From contig CAKSCN010000001.1 of the NCBI GenBank assembly GCA_934444485.1, positions 12,355 to 76,354 of the forward strand: DNA of 64,000 nt, read 5' to 3'. This document shows positions 29,001 to 36,238 of the stretch, piece by piece. The notes below the pieces were generated by a model. The model was given only the letters and a program-made list of their open reading frames with translations. It was not told the DNA's origin and made no database searches. A program made the translations under genes and the position numbers. Source of the DNA: an uncultured Eubacteriales bacterium. Lineage in GTDB: Bacteria > Bacillota > Clostridia > Oscillospirales > CAG-382. Positions within the stretch are counted from its first letter, which is position 1. The number at the start of each line of letters is the position of its first letter.

Positions 29001-31014
29001 CCTCAAAGCTGTTCAGAGAAATACAGCCGAAAAACGCCGAGCCGTTCAGCTTTTTTACGTTCTTTGTGACCTTAAAGCTGCTTATTGCACTGTTTCCAAA
29101 TGCATTGTTTCCGATGCTTTCAAGCAATGCATTGTCCGAGACAGAGACACTTTGCATACGTGAAGCGTTATAAAAGGCACGCTCGCCGACGGTTTTCAGA
29201 TTGTCCGGCAATGCAATTGACAAGAGATTAGAGCAATTTTCAAATGCCGATATACCGATTTTCTCCAGCCCGTCAGGAAGAGTAACCCGGCGAAGACGAG
29301 TCTGATTCATAAAGGCATTGTCGCCGACAGATGATACAATCTTTCCGTCAATCATTTCCGGAACCGTTATGTAGCGACGTTTTCCGGTATAACTGCGTAT
29401 CTCAATCGTTCCGTCATCAAGTTCAACATAAGTATAGGGAACGCCGTCTTCTTCGTTTACCCAATTTGCGTACAGAGTCAAATCCGACTTCCATGTATCT
29501 CTGTACCAATCCAGTTCCTCCGTGCAGTCGATATCGTAATACCAACCGTCAAACACGGCATAATTGCGTTCCGGAACGGGCAAGTTCTGCAGGGTATGTC
29601 CCTCGATAAATATCTGCTTCGTATTATCGAGCTCCGACGACAACATATCAAATGTGACGGTTCTTCTTGTTTCGCATATAAGCGCCTCAACATCCAAAGC
29701 ACCGTAGCCGTAATAGAAGTCTTCACCGAGGTCACCGAGATCCCTACAGGAAGCATAAAGCTGTTCTCTGAGTTCGGGTAATTCCGTGCGCAAATTTTTT
29801 GAAACGTAAAGTGCGGAAGCACCGGCTACGACCGGGCAAGCAAGTGAGGTTCCGCTTACCGTTTTATAACCGCCGCCGAGAGTTGTCGTGTAAACCGTTC
29901 CCGGAGCAACTATATCGGAATTATCTCCGTAATTTGAATAATCCGCAAGCTCCCAGCTGTTATTTTCCAGTGCGCCTACAGCAATACAGTTCTGATCTGC
30001 CGCCGGATAAAACAGTCTTGAAGTCGCATCGTTGCCTGCCGCCGCAATACAGAGAACGTCGCTATCTGCGGCAAGGCTTAAAGCCTCCTCAAATCCGCTG
30101 TCGGGACCGGGGCTTCCGAAAGACATATTTACAATTTTTGCATTCCGTTCAATGGCATAATAAATTGCGAAAATCAAGTCCGAGTTTTTGAATTTTCCCT
30201 TTCCCTCGTTTTCGCATTTAATAACCAACAGTTTCACGTCCGGTGCTATACCGACGATACCTTTTCCGTCCATGGACGCAGCAATAACACCGGCAACCTG
30301 TGTGCCGTGTCCGTTATCGTCCTCAATCAGCGACCAATCGTAGGATGATGAGTCCAAACCGGTATCCTTGACAATTCGGTCATAGGTCGCATTATAAGAG
30401 TATTCGCTGATCTTCCCTGCAAATTCCGGATGGTCGGTATCTATACCGGTATCGATAACCGCCACAGTAACGCCTTCTCCGCGTGTTTTGTTCCAGGAAT
30501 CGCCAAAATTCAGATAATCAAAATATGTTTGCTTATTGTAATCCGTATCCGAAACGGCATAGGAGTTTTTATGTACCGGTATTGTTTTTTCATCGGAGAG
30601 GGAAGATGCGGGTAAAGAATCAACCGAGTCTTCATCACTGTCGTTTTCCATAAGTAAAGCGTAATAATCCAATGAAAAGCTCGAAAGAAGAGATTTGTTC
30701 TCGGAATCCGAAAAAATGTCCTTGACAGTGATATTTTCGGGAAGAGAAAGAACGGAAAACGATCCGTCAAAGCTCGTCCTCAGCGAGGCGTTAAAGCGTT
30801 CTGCCAAACTTTTCGCACGTGAAACAGATACGTTCCTCAAAATCAAAGAGTTTTCGGAATAATTGCCGTGTTGCAATTCAAGCTCTTCAAGACGAGTTTC
30901 TCTTTGATGTTCCAAGCGAATGTCCCTGTAAAAGCAAAAAACACCGGTCAGAACAAGCAAAACCGCTGTCACTGCAAAAACACCGTTAAGTACTGATTTT
31001 TTCTTCATCTTCAT
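20032..31014 (-). CDS. giant membrane-anchored surface protein: subtilisin-like S8 peptidase, very long BspA-type LRR region, and C-terminal four-Cys repeats
   Basis: About 3,660 aa. N-terminal anchor KKSVLNGVFAVTAVLLVLTGVFCF. S8 catalytic triad contexts VAVIDTGID, HGTQVAG and SGTSLACP. Dozens of LRR_5-like repeats (IPxxVxxIGxxAFxxC). The C-terminus has four copies of (A/S)TC(T/S)xxGxxxxxCxxCG...GH. The start is either ATG 31014 or ATG 31008, after AAAGGAGA. Confidence 0.85.
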   Translation of the reverse strand: MKMKKKSVLNGVFAVTAVLLVLTGVFCFYRDIRLEHQRETRLEELELQHGNYSENSLILRNVSVSRAKSLAERFNASLRTSFDGSFSVLSLPENITVKDIFSDSENKSLLSSFSLDYYALLMENDSDEDSVDSLPASSLSDEKTIPVHKNSYAVSDTDYNKQTYFDYLNFGDSWNKTRGEGVTVAVIDTGIDTDHPEFAGKISEYSYNATYDRIVKDTGLDSSSYDWSLIEDDNGHGTQVAGVIAASMDGKGIVGIAPDVKLLVIKCENEGKGKFKNSDLIFAIYYAIERNAKIVNMSFGSPGPDSGFEEALSLAADSDVLCIAAAGNDATSRLFYPAADQNCIAVGALENNSWELADYSNYGDNSDIVAPGTVYTTTLGGGYKTVSGTSLACPVVAGASALYVSKNLRTELPELREQLYASCRDLGDLGEDFYYGYGALDVEALICETRRTVTFDMLSSELDNTKQIFIEGHTLQNLPVPERNYAVFDGWYYDIDCTEELDWYRDTWKSDLTLYANWVNEEDGVPYTYVELDDGTIEIRSYTGKRRYITVPEMIDGKIVSSVGDNAFMNQTRLRRVTLPDGLEKIGISAFENCSNLLSIALPDNLKTVGERAFYNASRMQSVSVSDNALLESIGNNAFGNSAISSFKVTKNVKKLNGSAFFGCISLNSFEVVSGNSFYRTTDNVLLNGTATVLVAYPAGAQTKDIYSIPAGVQSIGESAFAYAKIDEVDLSAVSVIGDTAFNYSSLTSVSFPDSVNRVGLRAFSNCEELTEVKWGNNMTSAPDGIFTNCSSLTSIRIPATVYSIGENAFSGSGLTKIEFEDGSRLAEICESAFESTNLLEIEIPNEVSVIGKSAFRGVPSLATVEFRDNSNLRMIGESAFASTPSLSSIKLPQSLVTIGDDAFSLSGLTVIELSSNIKKVGSGAFSYCRELTDISVDELNEVYISADGVLYNKDMTTLVTYPAGHERKQFTVPETVVTVGASAFKGTANLTDVILPEGLRMIETGAFCGVGKLNKISIPDSVEQLSRLAFADCQNLTEITIGNNSSVKRLGLGVFANTGIRYLRIPSGITSMGQGVFVGCKKLIQVTFAADSKLDRIAAYMFKGADNLNKVIFEDGSALKTIQACAFEGLSGLQSIDFGDASVEAVGNYAFRFCESLNDIQLPDSLTEIGRYAFYGCKKLKAIAVPEKVSFIGRHAFNAFDTIDVYFKAASLPAELQENWDFGVRGYYVGVVFVEENDSWKYAELTDGGVSIIAYKGSEPAVDFSKQGFDGDIVSIGGHAFEGTPVESIVIPNTVNNIQAYAFASSSLQSVTIPDSVTFIGKNAFAESAISEVNFGTTPSLSVIEQKAFSNCANLNTVKLPGSLTAMGQGVFSESGLVSVDLREYPLSEIPDNTFYQTKLVTAELPDTITSVGHGAFRNCTELTSVSFGGGEDLRLMSNAFYNTALEKVYIPANLTYIGEYSLVGLQHLDAFEVSEENPKYKAVDGLLCSKDGRKLIAAPAGKTGTMSLPKEVEVLGFGAFENSKLTRVDFAPDANILTFGYRCFYNSSLKSISLPDSLISLDYYAFAMCKDLTRVDISAESGIKGIYEGVFYGCTSLANIELPDSVVEISDFAFYGCSSLRKLPFGENSNIIGIYNYAFAKCNFDQIILPKNVVELGEYAFMGNTMKKIVIPNEYAKTLELGLGVFSECSEIEDISVPFIGASFEDSDYTWFGWLFGAGRYTANATYIPESLKRVSITGDITNVRTGAFYQCKSIESIDLPNTVDTVYSYAFMDCPARYSFDNAILLKTPDGKICTRMHHAFLGSDHGVPCGVSGKLYLSDEITQLERYAFSSKLPYLKELHLSKNIVGLNIEFSDLSEKQITTDIYYDGKLEDWLQKVKLSSYGNHHSYFKEYNLYIGGELLTEANLSSSNYINSLAGCTSLKAVTFAEGVTSIPEYMLYNCKNLTTVNLPDSVETIGKYAFGYCQLGTFVIPKKVTELNDILGAGSVDKLYLHSNIESGASELCKRSKELYLDDISALFTYIGIPQSYSSSKPEKVYINGELLTDLVIPETYSEIRENFLRDYLPLRSVTITAKNTNIGKMAFYKCTNLKRIILEEGVETVAGDVFSDNTLDYMKIPSTLKSNEGFPYADYVENNSSLDWTGRSYVWIDADGNGHYRNPSNHGDWDTFVTEDKLRFFKKTDSKGNTTYMFADYVGNEDTVTLPEEIEGHSYTLSNQIGRISKNVILPENLTVISDVAFWHRENLESITFGSKVTVIGREAFRDNYNLKSITLPDTVEEIGAEAFRDCTSLEEINIPASVTEIGFNAFGNCPSLRNVRLAPENESFIFENGALYNKDKTQLIWLSPDVTDYVVPATLTSFGSVLAAHPSLTTVSFEEGAVMTNISEQAFINCPALKTVNLPDSVTVIEEHAFNDCKLLTEVSGANNLERIGKRAFFWTPSLENFRFPESLQYIGSEAFMYSGLTEADLSECHSLQLNESGAFYECKSLTKAVLPDNLTKIGNSTFRDCLSLKEVNLPPNLTTIGGSTFFGSGISSIELPESVTEIGGTAFMGTGIKSINIPKGVTKINGQTFMWTGLTSVTIPSWVKSIGDVAFKECHSLKNVRLEEGVETVGYDAFTQLYTSEYLETLYLPSTLTSFPLTYQYDSRKLTVKDLYYNGTMQQWSQIKNSNKSTYTEPMVVENMHFLGDDPTVGVDQTAIDQSAGLSGIKSIKEIKCSPTLVSIGANTFKDCTGIETFEISDSLESIDPTAFNGCGELKRIILSENNKNFVLLDGILYDKDVTSVILVTTEAVDVCIPNTVTDIRHLSGNSSIRKLSFEKGSGITELNGGLNGLSNLAVLTLPEKMTSIDVRELTGCENITHITVGENITSIKVPDGYTYDSLERIALIVNRSNVPITLEKGLAKNAFAVINADGTTDCKTGYESFKCVEKGDFLFANYGDGKHMLLSYLGSEDTVTLPENFDGEQYTFRKFSGVKNLIIPDGNIVIDEKAFYGGNFETVEIHGVSVGREAFSSCRSLRTAKLYDVGLVGYRAFAFSRALTEAYIRGKDTVVGAASFVYTGLEKLTLDGTIERIEGYDNVNTASDACIVYDTPYERNDGNYKNGLLIQDGWLITAKEGLRYAPPFEGGLAQTAYSKTYKTLKALADDNLNTFTDFDKYTNLEMLTLGSTLPVFGSWPETLKNIVLFKNYNVKGKYEFGRLTDGRIFVEREKKELDWDMRFPGWSNGNKVYYGGEWFFAEFRDFDGNILDWRAYTNSEVIRQPYMTNRTDGDFTYVFVGWDIDGDGYADFLPATAQADFCAQAVYEKHRLEDSEVVPATCTADGSKVSVCADCGETVVSIILPAFGHTRGEFVRNVPSTCSENGYDVYICETCAEEFRTNETKKLEHTFGEWSTVNEASCTATGTAERACLVCGYIEATNVPAKGHTYEVVSSKESTCTSAGEVVYSCSECGDETTETTEKLPHNYRKRTVPKHWLRVLIEKLLNMFFGYEGDNIYYYECSVCRHIQTADEHESSKQATVQGTGCLHELDDNWEQIPSSTQIQLIGRYCTKCGELVEAKVAESSFVSVTSFEAAIVNGKIVVTACVENVSENCNAYIAVYNSGNRIVKVFPITFTDGSAEIELDGISTETEKKVCLFIWDKTNLAPLCSSVSAVVDKNE

Positions 31015-31047
31015 TCTCCTTTGACCTTGTGACTTCTGTTGTGCCGA

Positions 31048-31074
31048 TACCACATAATTGACATTATGTTGTTT
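31048..31074 (-). promoter_or_regulatory. 27-bp leader element, copy A (upstream of the giant protease-LRR gene)
   Basis: taccacataattgacattatgttgttt is the exact reverse complement of 31246..31272. It lies 33-39 nt upstream of the start codon and contains the internal palindrome ACATAAT-GTCA-ATTATGT. Confidence 0.6.
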
Positions 31075-31245
31075 TAGCATCCTACATTATACACTGTTTC
31101 TTTTGTAAGTCAACATATATATACAAATTAACCCGATTTTTGTAATAATTAACACAAATATTGGATTTTGAATATAAAATTAAATTCAAATTTTGACTTT
31201 ACCGTTTTAATTTCAACACTTTTGCCGCTTGTTTTTACCTTATTT

Positions 31246-31272
31246 AAACAACATAATGTCAATTATGTGGTA
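31246..31272 (+). promoter_or_regulatory. 27-bp leader element, copy B (upstream of the amidase-dockerin gene)
   Basis: aaacaacataatgtcaattatgtggta lies 29 nt upstream of ATG 31302, just before the AGGGAGGAAG ribosome-binding site. Its position and orientation relative to its gene match those of copy A. Confidence 0.6.
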
Positions 31273-31301
31273 ATGCGGCAAAAATATTTTAGGGAGGAAG
31301 A

Positions 31302-34300
31302 ATGATGAAAATCAAACGAACCGTAACCGCTCTGTTCCTTGCGGCGACAATGGTGTTATCCACGCCGTTTGTTGCGGCAGAGGAAAAGCCTGAAGCGTTA
31401 CAGGACGACAGGCAGACCGAAGTAACCGAAACTGCGGAAGCTCCAACCGAAGCTTCACGTGTCGGCGAATCCGGCGAAACCGGCGGAACCGCAGCGGAAG
31501 AAACGGAAACAGCACAAGAGCCGGCGGAGGAAGAACAGAAACCGGCACAGCAGCCCGAGAACAGCGAAGCATCTGAAGCTGAAAAAAATTCGGACGAAGT
31601 ATCGCAAAATGATGAGCAGACCGAAGCGGATAAAACCGCAGAGGAAGAATCGAAGCCATCCGAGGACAAAGAGCCGAACGAAGCGACTGAAGTAGCAGAG
31701 GAAACGATAAAGACCGAAAACGACGAAGCTGAGAAAGTCGAAGAGAAAGCGGAAAATGCAGAAGCCAAGGCTGATAAACCCACTGAAAACGAATCAGCCG
31801 AAACCGACAAAGCCGAGATAGAAAGCGAAACCGATTTGAATGATGATGGCAGGGGAGAAGACGAAAAAATTGCTGAAAAGGTTTTTGATAGTGTTGAAAC
31901 AGTAATTTCAGATGACGAAGAAAACTGCCATACCATGACAAAGAAGTGGTTTTACGACAAGAAAAGTGTTAATTTGTTTGAGGATACAGATCCATCGGTT
32001 TTAAAAACAATTGAAGAATATTTTGATTTTAGATTGAAATCTGTATGTGAAACTCGTGGGAAAGAAACTGAGCTTATATCAGACGATGTTGCCGGGATAG
32101 AAGAAGCCCGCAGAAAAGGTCTTAATAAGTTTTGGAAAAAATTGAATATAAAAGTAACCGACGCCGATCATAATGTGCGAATCGATAAGGTTGAAGAGTC
32201 TGACGGCAATGTTACGGCATACGTTTACGAGTGGATATTCTATGATTATGAAGATCTCGATGCCGACGGTGTGACAATGGATGTCGCAGGATTCGGTGTT
32301 GAACATATTCTATGTCTTGAACTTGTCGACGGCGAATACATAGTCGCAGAAGATCTATACGACGAATCGGAAAGAAGCGGTGTTTGCACAACAGAAGAAA
32401 AAGAATACCCCGACGAGCCTGAGATGATTACATCTGATAAAGAAGGCGGTTATGATGACAGTGCCTCGCTGTTTACTTCGAATTACTATTATGACTACGA
32501 TGTGTCCGCAGCTATTGCCTATGCCGACAAATATGCAATAAACTACAATCCCTCATACTATAACTTCAACTCTATTGGCGGCGACTGTGCAAACTTTGTA
32601 TCTCAGTGTATTAATGCAGGTGGTATGCCGCAAGTGGTAGGTTCTGCATATGGCACAGATTGTTGGTATTATAAAACATCAAACAACCGAAGCGCTACTT
32701 GGACAGGAGCGCACCAGCTAAGAAATTGGATGGCTAACAAAAGAGGATTATTGATATCAAGCCCGAGTAATGACCAATTGTACGCCGGAAGCCCGTTTTT
32801 TACCAACAGCGGTGGACATGCATTGATTTGTGTGGGATACAATTCCGCAGGAAGTGCATTGTATTCTGCTCACAATAGTGACGCATACAGAGAAAAAGTA
32901 TATATTTCAAGTGTGAATTACACTGTTCAGCTTACTCCTTCAAACTATCTAAACAACAAGTACGGCGTAATCTATCACGCTAACGGCGGTACGGGCGAAC
33001 CTTCTTCACAAACAAAATATTATGGTCAGGATATAACCTTGAGTACCGTAAAACCTACTCGTACAGGGTATACGTTTAAGAAGTGGAATACCTCGTCAGA
33101 CGGCAGTGGTATCACATACGCACCCGGCGCAACATACAGCGAAAATGCTCCTCTGCATTTGTACGCTCAGTGGGAGGCAATTTCTTACACAATCACCTAC
33201 AACGCCAACGGCGGCACGGGCGCACCTTCGTCGCAGACAAAGATATATGATCAAAAAGTTACTTTAAGCAGTTTGAAGCCGACACGCACAGGATATGATT
33301 TTGTTTGTTGGAATACGAAATCAAACGGAAGCGGAACGAACTGGTATCCGGGTGATACTTATGGTTACTATGAGGGCAATCTGTACTTGTACGCTAAGTG
33401 GAAAGCGAAAACCTATACGATTACGTATAATGCAAATGGTGGTACGGGCGCACCTGCATCACAAACCAAGACGCATGGTAAGAGTATAAATTTGAGAAGT
33501 TCCACACCGACACGTGAAGGATACGACTTTGTTTGTTGGTATACAAATTCAAACGGTAGCGGCGTTCGTTGGGATCCTAATGAAAACTATAGCATCGATG
33601 AAGACTTGTATTTGTACGCTCAGTGGGAACCGAAAACCTATACAATTACATACAACGCAAACGGAGGAACAGGCGCACCATCGTCGCAGACAAAGACGTA
33701 TGATCAGACCATATACCTAAGCAATTCAGTGCCGGCACGCACAGGTTATGATTTTGTTTGCTGGAATAATATAATTTCTGATGGAGTTTGGGTGGAATGG
33801 TATCCCGGGGATAGCTTCAGTGCTAACTGCGATCTGAATTTGTATGCTCAGTGGGAAGCAAAAACATATAAAATTATATACGACACCAACGGAGGTACAG
33901 GCACACCTGCATCTCAGACAAAGACGTATGATCAGGACATATACCTAAGCAATTCGGTGCCGATACGCACGGGATATGAGTTTGTTCGTTGGAATACAAA
34001 AGCAGACGGAAACGGTGTGAACTGGTATCCGGGTGAGAGCTATAGCGCTAACGACGATTTGTACTTGTATGCGCAGTGGGACAAAGTATACACAATTACA
34101 TACGACGCCAACGGCGGCACCGGGGCACCGGAAGCGCAGGAAAAAATGCCGTGGTACTACCACGTACGCTTGAGAAGCACCGTCCCGACACGTACAGGAT
34201 ACATATTTATATGTTGGAATACAAAAGCGGACGGAAGCGGTGTACGTTGGGACCCCGACGAAGCCTATGACAAAGAAACAGATTTGCACTTGTACGCACA

Positions 34301-34490
34301 ATGGGGTGCTTTTGTTGACATAACAGGAGACGGCAAAACTGACCGTGCGGATGCAGAAATGGTACTGAAGCATGATTCCGGTCTTGTTACACTAACCGGC
34401 AGCCGATTCTCTGCGGCAGATGTAAACAGCGACGGTAAGGTTGATTTCAACGATGCCGTTCTCATGCTGAAATACTTGGAAGAGCATTGA
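31302..34490 (+). CDS. secreted putative peptidoglycan amidase (Amidase_6-like) with an acidic low-complexity N-region, about 7 Listeria-Bacteroides (Flg_new) repeats, and a C-terminal dockerin
   Basis: Signal peptide, then an E/K/T/A-rich region. Putative amidase core IGGDCANFVSQCINAGGMP...GHALICVGY. Repeats of YTITYNANGGTGAPSSQTKxY...PTRTGYxFxxWNT..DGSG..Y.PG..Y......LYAQW. Dockerin DITGDGKTDRADAEMVL...ADVNSDGKVDFNDAVLMLKYL. Confidence 0.8.
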   Translation: MMKIKRTVTALFLAATMVLSTPFVAAEEKPEALQDDRQTEVTETAEAPTEASRVGESGETGGTAAEETETAQEPAEEEQKPAQQPENSEASEAEKNSDEVSQNDEQTEADKTAEEESKPSEDKEPNEATEVAEETIKTENDEAEKVEEKAENAEAKADKPTENESAETDKAEIESETDLNDDGRGEDEKIAEKVFDSVETVISDDEENCHTMTKKWFYDKKSVNLFEDTDPSVLKTIEEYFDFRLKSVCETRGKETELISDDVAGIEEARRKGLNKFWKKLNIKVTDADHNVRIDKVEESDGNVTAYVYEWIFYDYEDLDADGVTMDVAGFGVEHILCLELVDGEYIVAEDLYDESERSGVCTTEEKEYPDEPEMITSDKEGGYDDSASLFTSNYYYDYDVSAAIAYADKYAINYNPSYYNFNSIGGDCANFVSQCINAGGMPQVVGSAYGTDCWYYKTSNNRSATWTGAHQLRNWMANKRGLLISSPSNDQLYAGSPFFTNSGGHALICVGYNSAGSALYSAHNSDAYREKVYISSVNYTVQLTPSNYLNNKYGVIYHANGGTGEPSSQTKYYGQDITLSTVKPTRTGYTFKKWNTSSDGSGITYAPGATYSENAPLHLYAQWEAISYTITYNANGGTGAPSSQTKIYDQKVTLSSLKPTRTGYDFVCWNTKSNGSGTNWYPGDTYGYYEGNLYLYAKWKAKTYTITYNANGGTGAPASQTKTHGKSINLRSSTPTREGYDFVCWYTNSNGSGVRWDPNENYSIDEDLYLYAQWEPKTYTITYNANGGTGAPSSQTKTYDQTIYLSNSVPARTGYDFVCWNNIISDGVWVEWYPGDSFSANCDLNLYAQWEAKTYKIIYDTNGGTGTPASQTKTYDQDIYLSNSVPIRTGYEFVRWNTKADGNGVNWYPGESYSANDDLYLYAQWDKVYTITYDANGGTGAPEAQEKMPWYYHVRLRSTVPTRTGYIFICWNTKADGSGVRWDPDEAYDKETDLHLYAQWGAFVDITGDGKTDRADAEMVLKHDSGLVTLTGSRFSAADVNSDGKVDFNDAVLMLKYLEEH

Positions 34491-34506
34491 TCATTAAAAG
34501 TGCAAA

Positions 34507-36234
34507 ATGCTTTCAAAGAGTAATTATAGCAAGCAACAGCTGATGTTGCTGTTTCCAAACTTGTTGTGTATGCTGTGTGCAGGCGGATTCAATTGGCAAT
34601 ACTGCATTATTCCGTTGATACTTATGGGAATATACCTCGCATTAAATTTCAAAAGAATAAACGGAACGCTCGGTATTGCTTCGCTGGCTTTACTTATTCT
34701 GCTAACGGCATCCGTGGTGTCAACAAAAGGTGATCCAAAGAGTGCGGTTTATGAAAGTGAAAAATTACTTTGCTTCATATCAGCTTTGCTCATTGGCAGT
34801 ACAACCGACAAAAAAAGCATATGCGGTATTTACGGTTTATGTATGACTTTTCTGGCAGCAATCGGTTTGTTTGCATACTGTTTTCACCTTAATTTTGCGG
34901 ACTTAATTCTTGACGACAGATATTTTTTGCGGTTACAATCCTCTGTTCAGTATGCAAACACAACTGCGTGTCTGCTGGCGTGCGGATACTTTTTCTCTAT
35001 TGATACCGTATTAAGAGTCAATACATCTCTCAAGAGATGCATATCGCAAATGATTCTTCTCTCATTGTACCTGACGTTTTCAAAAGCGTGCATTCCCATC
35101 TTTATTGCGGTATGCGTACTGTTAGTTCTGAAAAGGATTAATTGCAGGCTCATTATTGTCAGACAAAATATAATCGCAATGTTATTCTTCATACCTATTG
35201 CAATATGTGTTAAATACAACATATGCTTATTAGCCGGGATGCTTGCTATTGCCTGTATTCTGCTTGGCGGGTATGCGGATAATCATGAGTGGGATTTGTC
35301 TAAACTTTGGCTTGTATTTCTTGCATGCGCACTGATTGTTTCTTTGACAATTGCGATAAAATACCCTGTTGTTTTCGATTCTCTGCACCAAAGAATGGCG
35401 TTTATGAAAGACGCATGGGGTGCAACAAAAAAATATCCATGGGGATTCGGAAGCGGAAGCTGGGAGGTACTGCAATACAAATTTCAAACCGCCTCATACA
35501 GCGTCGGACTTATACATAATGGGTGGTTACAAATATTGTTCGACAACGGTGTAATATTTTTAGCTGTTATAACGACACTAACGGTATTCACGATGTATAC
35601 GCTAAGAAAAAGAAAAGACCACCTCATGTTTTCAGTGATTTCAATTATTTCTCTGCATTCCTTTGTGGATTTTGATTTTTCCTTTCCCATTGTACTAATG
35701 ATATTCGGAATGATTATCGGTTCAACATTAGATATCGACTCAGGGAAAGGGATTGTTCATATTGGCAGATTGTGTTCCTTTGTGTTTTTGGCAGCCCTTG
35801 CAATAACGTCAATCCATATGAGTCGGGAATACATATTGAGAAACTCATTAGAACGAAATTACATGCGAAATGATTTATGGGAAGCAGAGCAAAGAGGCAT
35901 TATACTTGAGAAACTGTGTCCATACGACGCCAAGCTTCAGATATCAATTGGCATGATGGAGTTCTTACAAAACGAAGACACAGCCGCATTGAGAGAACGA
36001 CTCCGCAAAGCAGTCAGCATATCGCCCAATGATCCAAGCGTTTACAAGTACTATATGAAGTACTCGCTTGATACGGATAATGTTTATGATATGTGCTGCC
36101 ATTACATAGATCTTTGTCCAATGCAGGAGGGAACAATGGAGTACATTAACGATTATACAAAGGAGGCATACAACAAAGGGATAATAACCGCAAAAGAACG
36201 AGAAGATATTTTAAAAAAACTCAATAGTCACTAA
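34507..36234 (+). CDS. O-antigen ligase-like (Wzy_C family) polytopic membrane protein with a helical-repeat C-terminal domain
   Basis: 575 aa with more than 10 hydrophobic segments. The loop WGFGSGSWEVLQYKFQTASYSVGLIHNGWLQILFDNGVIF resembles the O-antigen ligase/WaaL signature. The exact start is uncertain because the ribosome-binding site is weak. Confidence 0.65.
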   Translation: MLSKSNYSKQQLMLLFPNLLCMLCAGGFNWQYCIIPLILMGIYLALNFKRINGTLGIASLALLILLTASVVSTKGDPKSAVYESEKLLCFISALLIGSTTDKKSICGIYGLCMTFLAAIGLFAYCFHLNFADLILDDRYFLRLQSSVQYANTTACLLACGYFFSIDTVLRVNTSLKRCISQMILLSLYLTFSKACIPIFIAVCVLLVLKRINCRLIIVRQNIIAMLFFIPIAICVKYNICLLAGMLAIACILLGGYADNHEWDLSKLWLVFLACALIVSLTIAIKYPVVFDSLHQRMAFMKDAWGATKKYPWGFGSGSWEVLQYKFQTASYSVGLIHNGWLQILFDNGVIFLAVITTLTVFTMYTLRKRKDHLMFSVISIISLHSFVDFDFSFPIVLMIFGMIIGSTLDIDSGKGIVHIGRLCSFVFLAALAITSIHMSREYILRNSLERNYMRNDLWEAEQRGIILEKLCPYDAKLQISIGMMEFLQNEDTAALRERLRKAVSISPNDPSVYKYYMKYSLDTDNVYDMCCHYIDLCPMQEGTMEYINDYTKEAYNKGIITAKEREDILKKLNSH

Positions 36235-36238
36235 GGAG

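Noticed and set aside
31289-31941. Two minus-strand ORFs of about 210 aa with Ser/Phe/Leu-rich products
   Set aside because: They are antisense to the GAA/GCA-rich acidic linker of the amidase-dockerin gene. The open frames result from codon-repeat composition, and neither has a ribosome-binding site.
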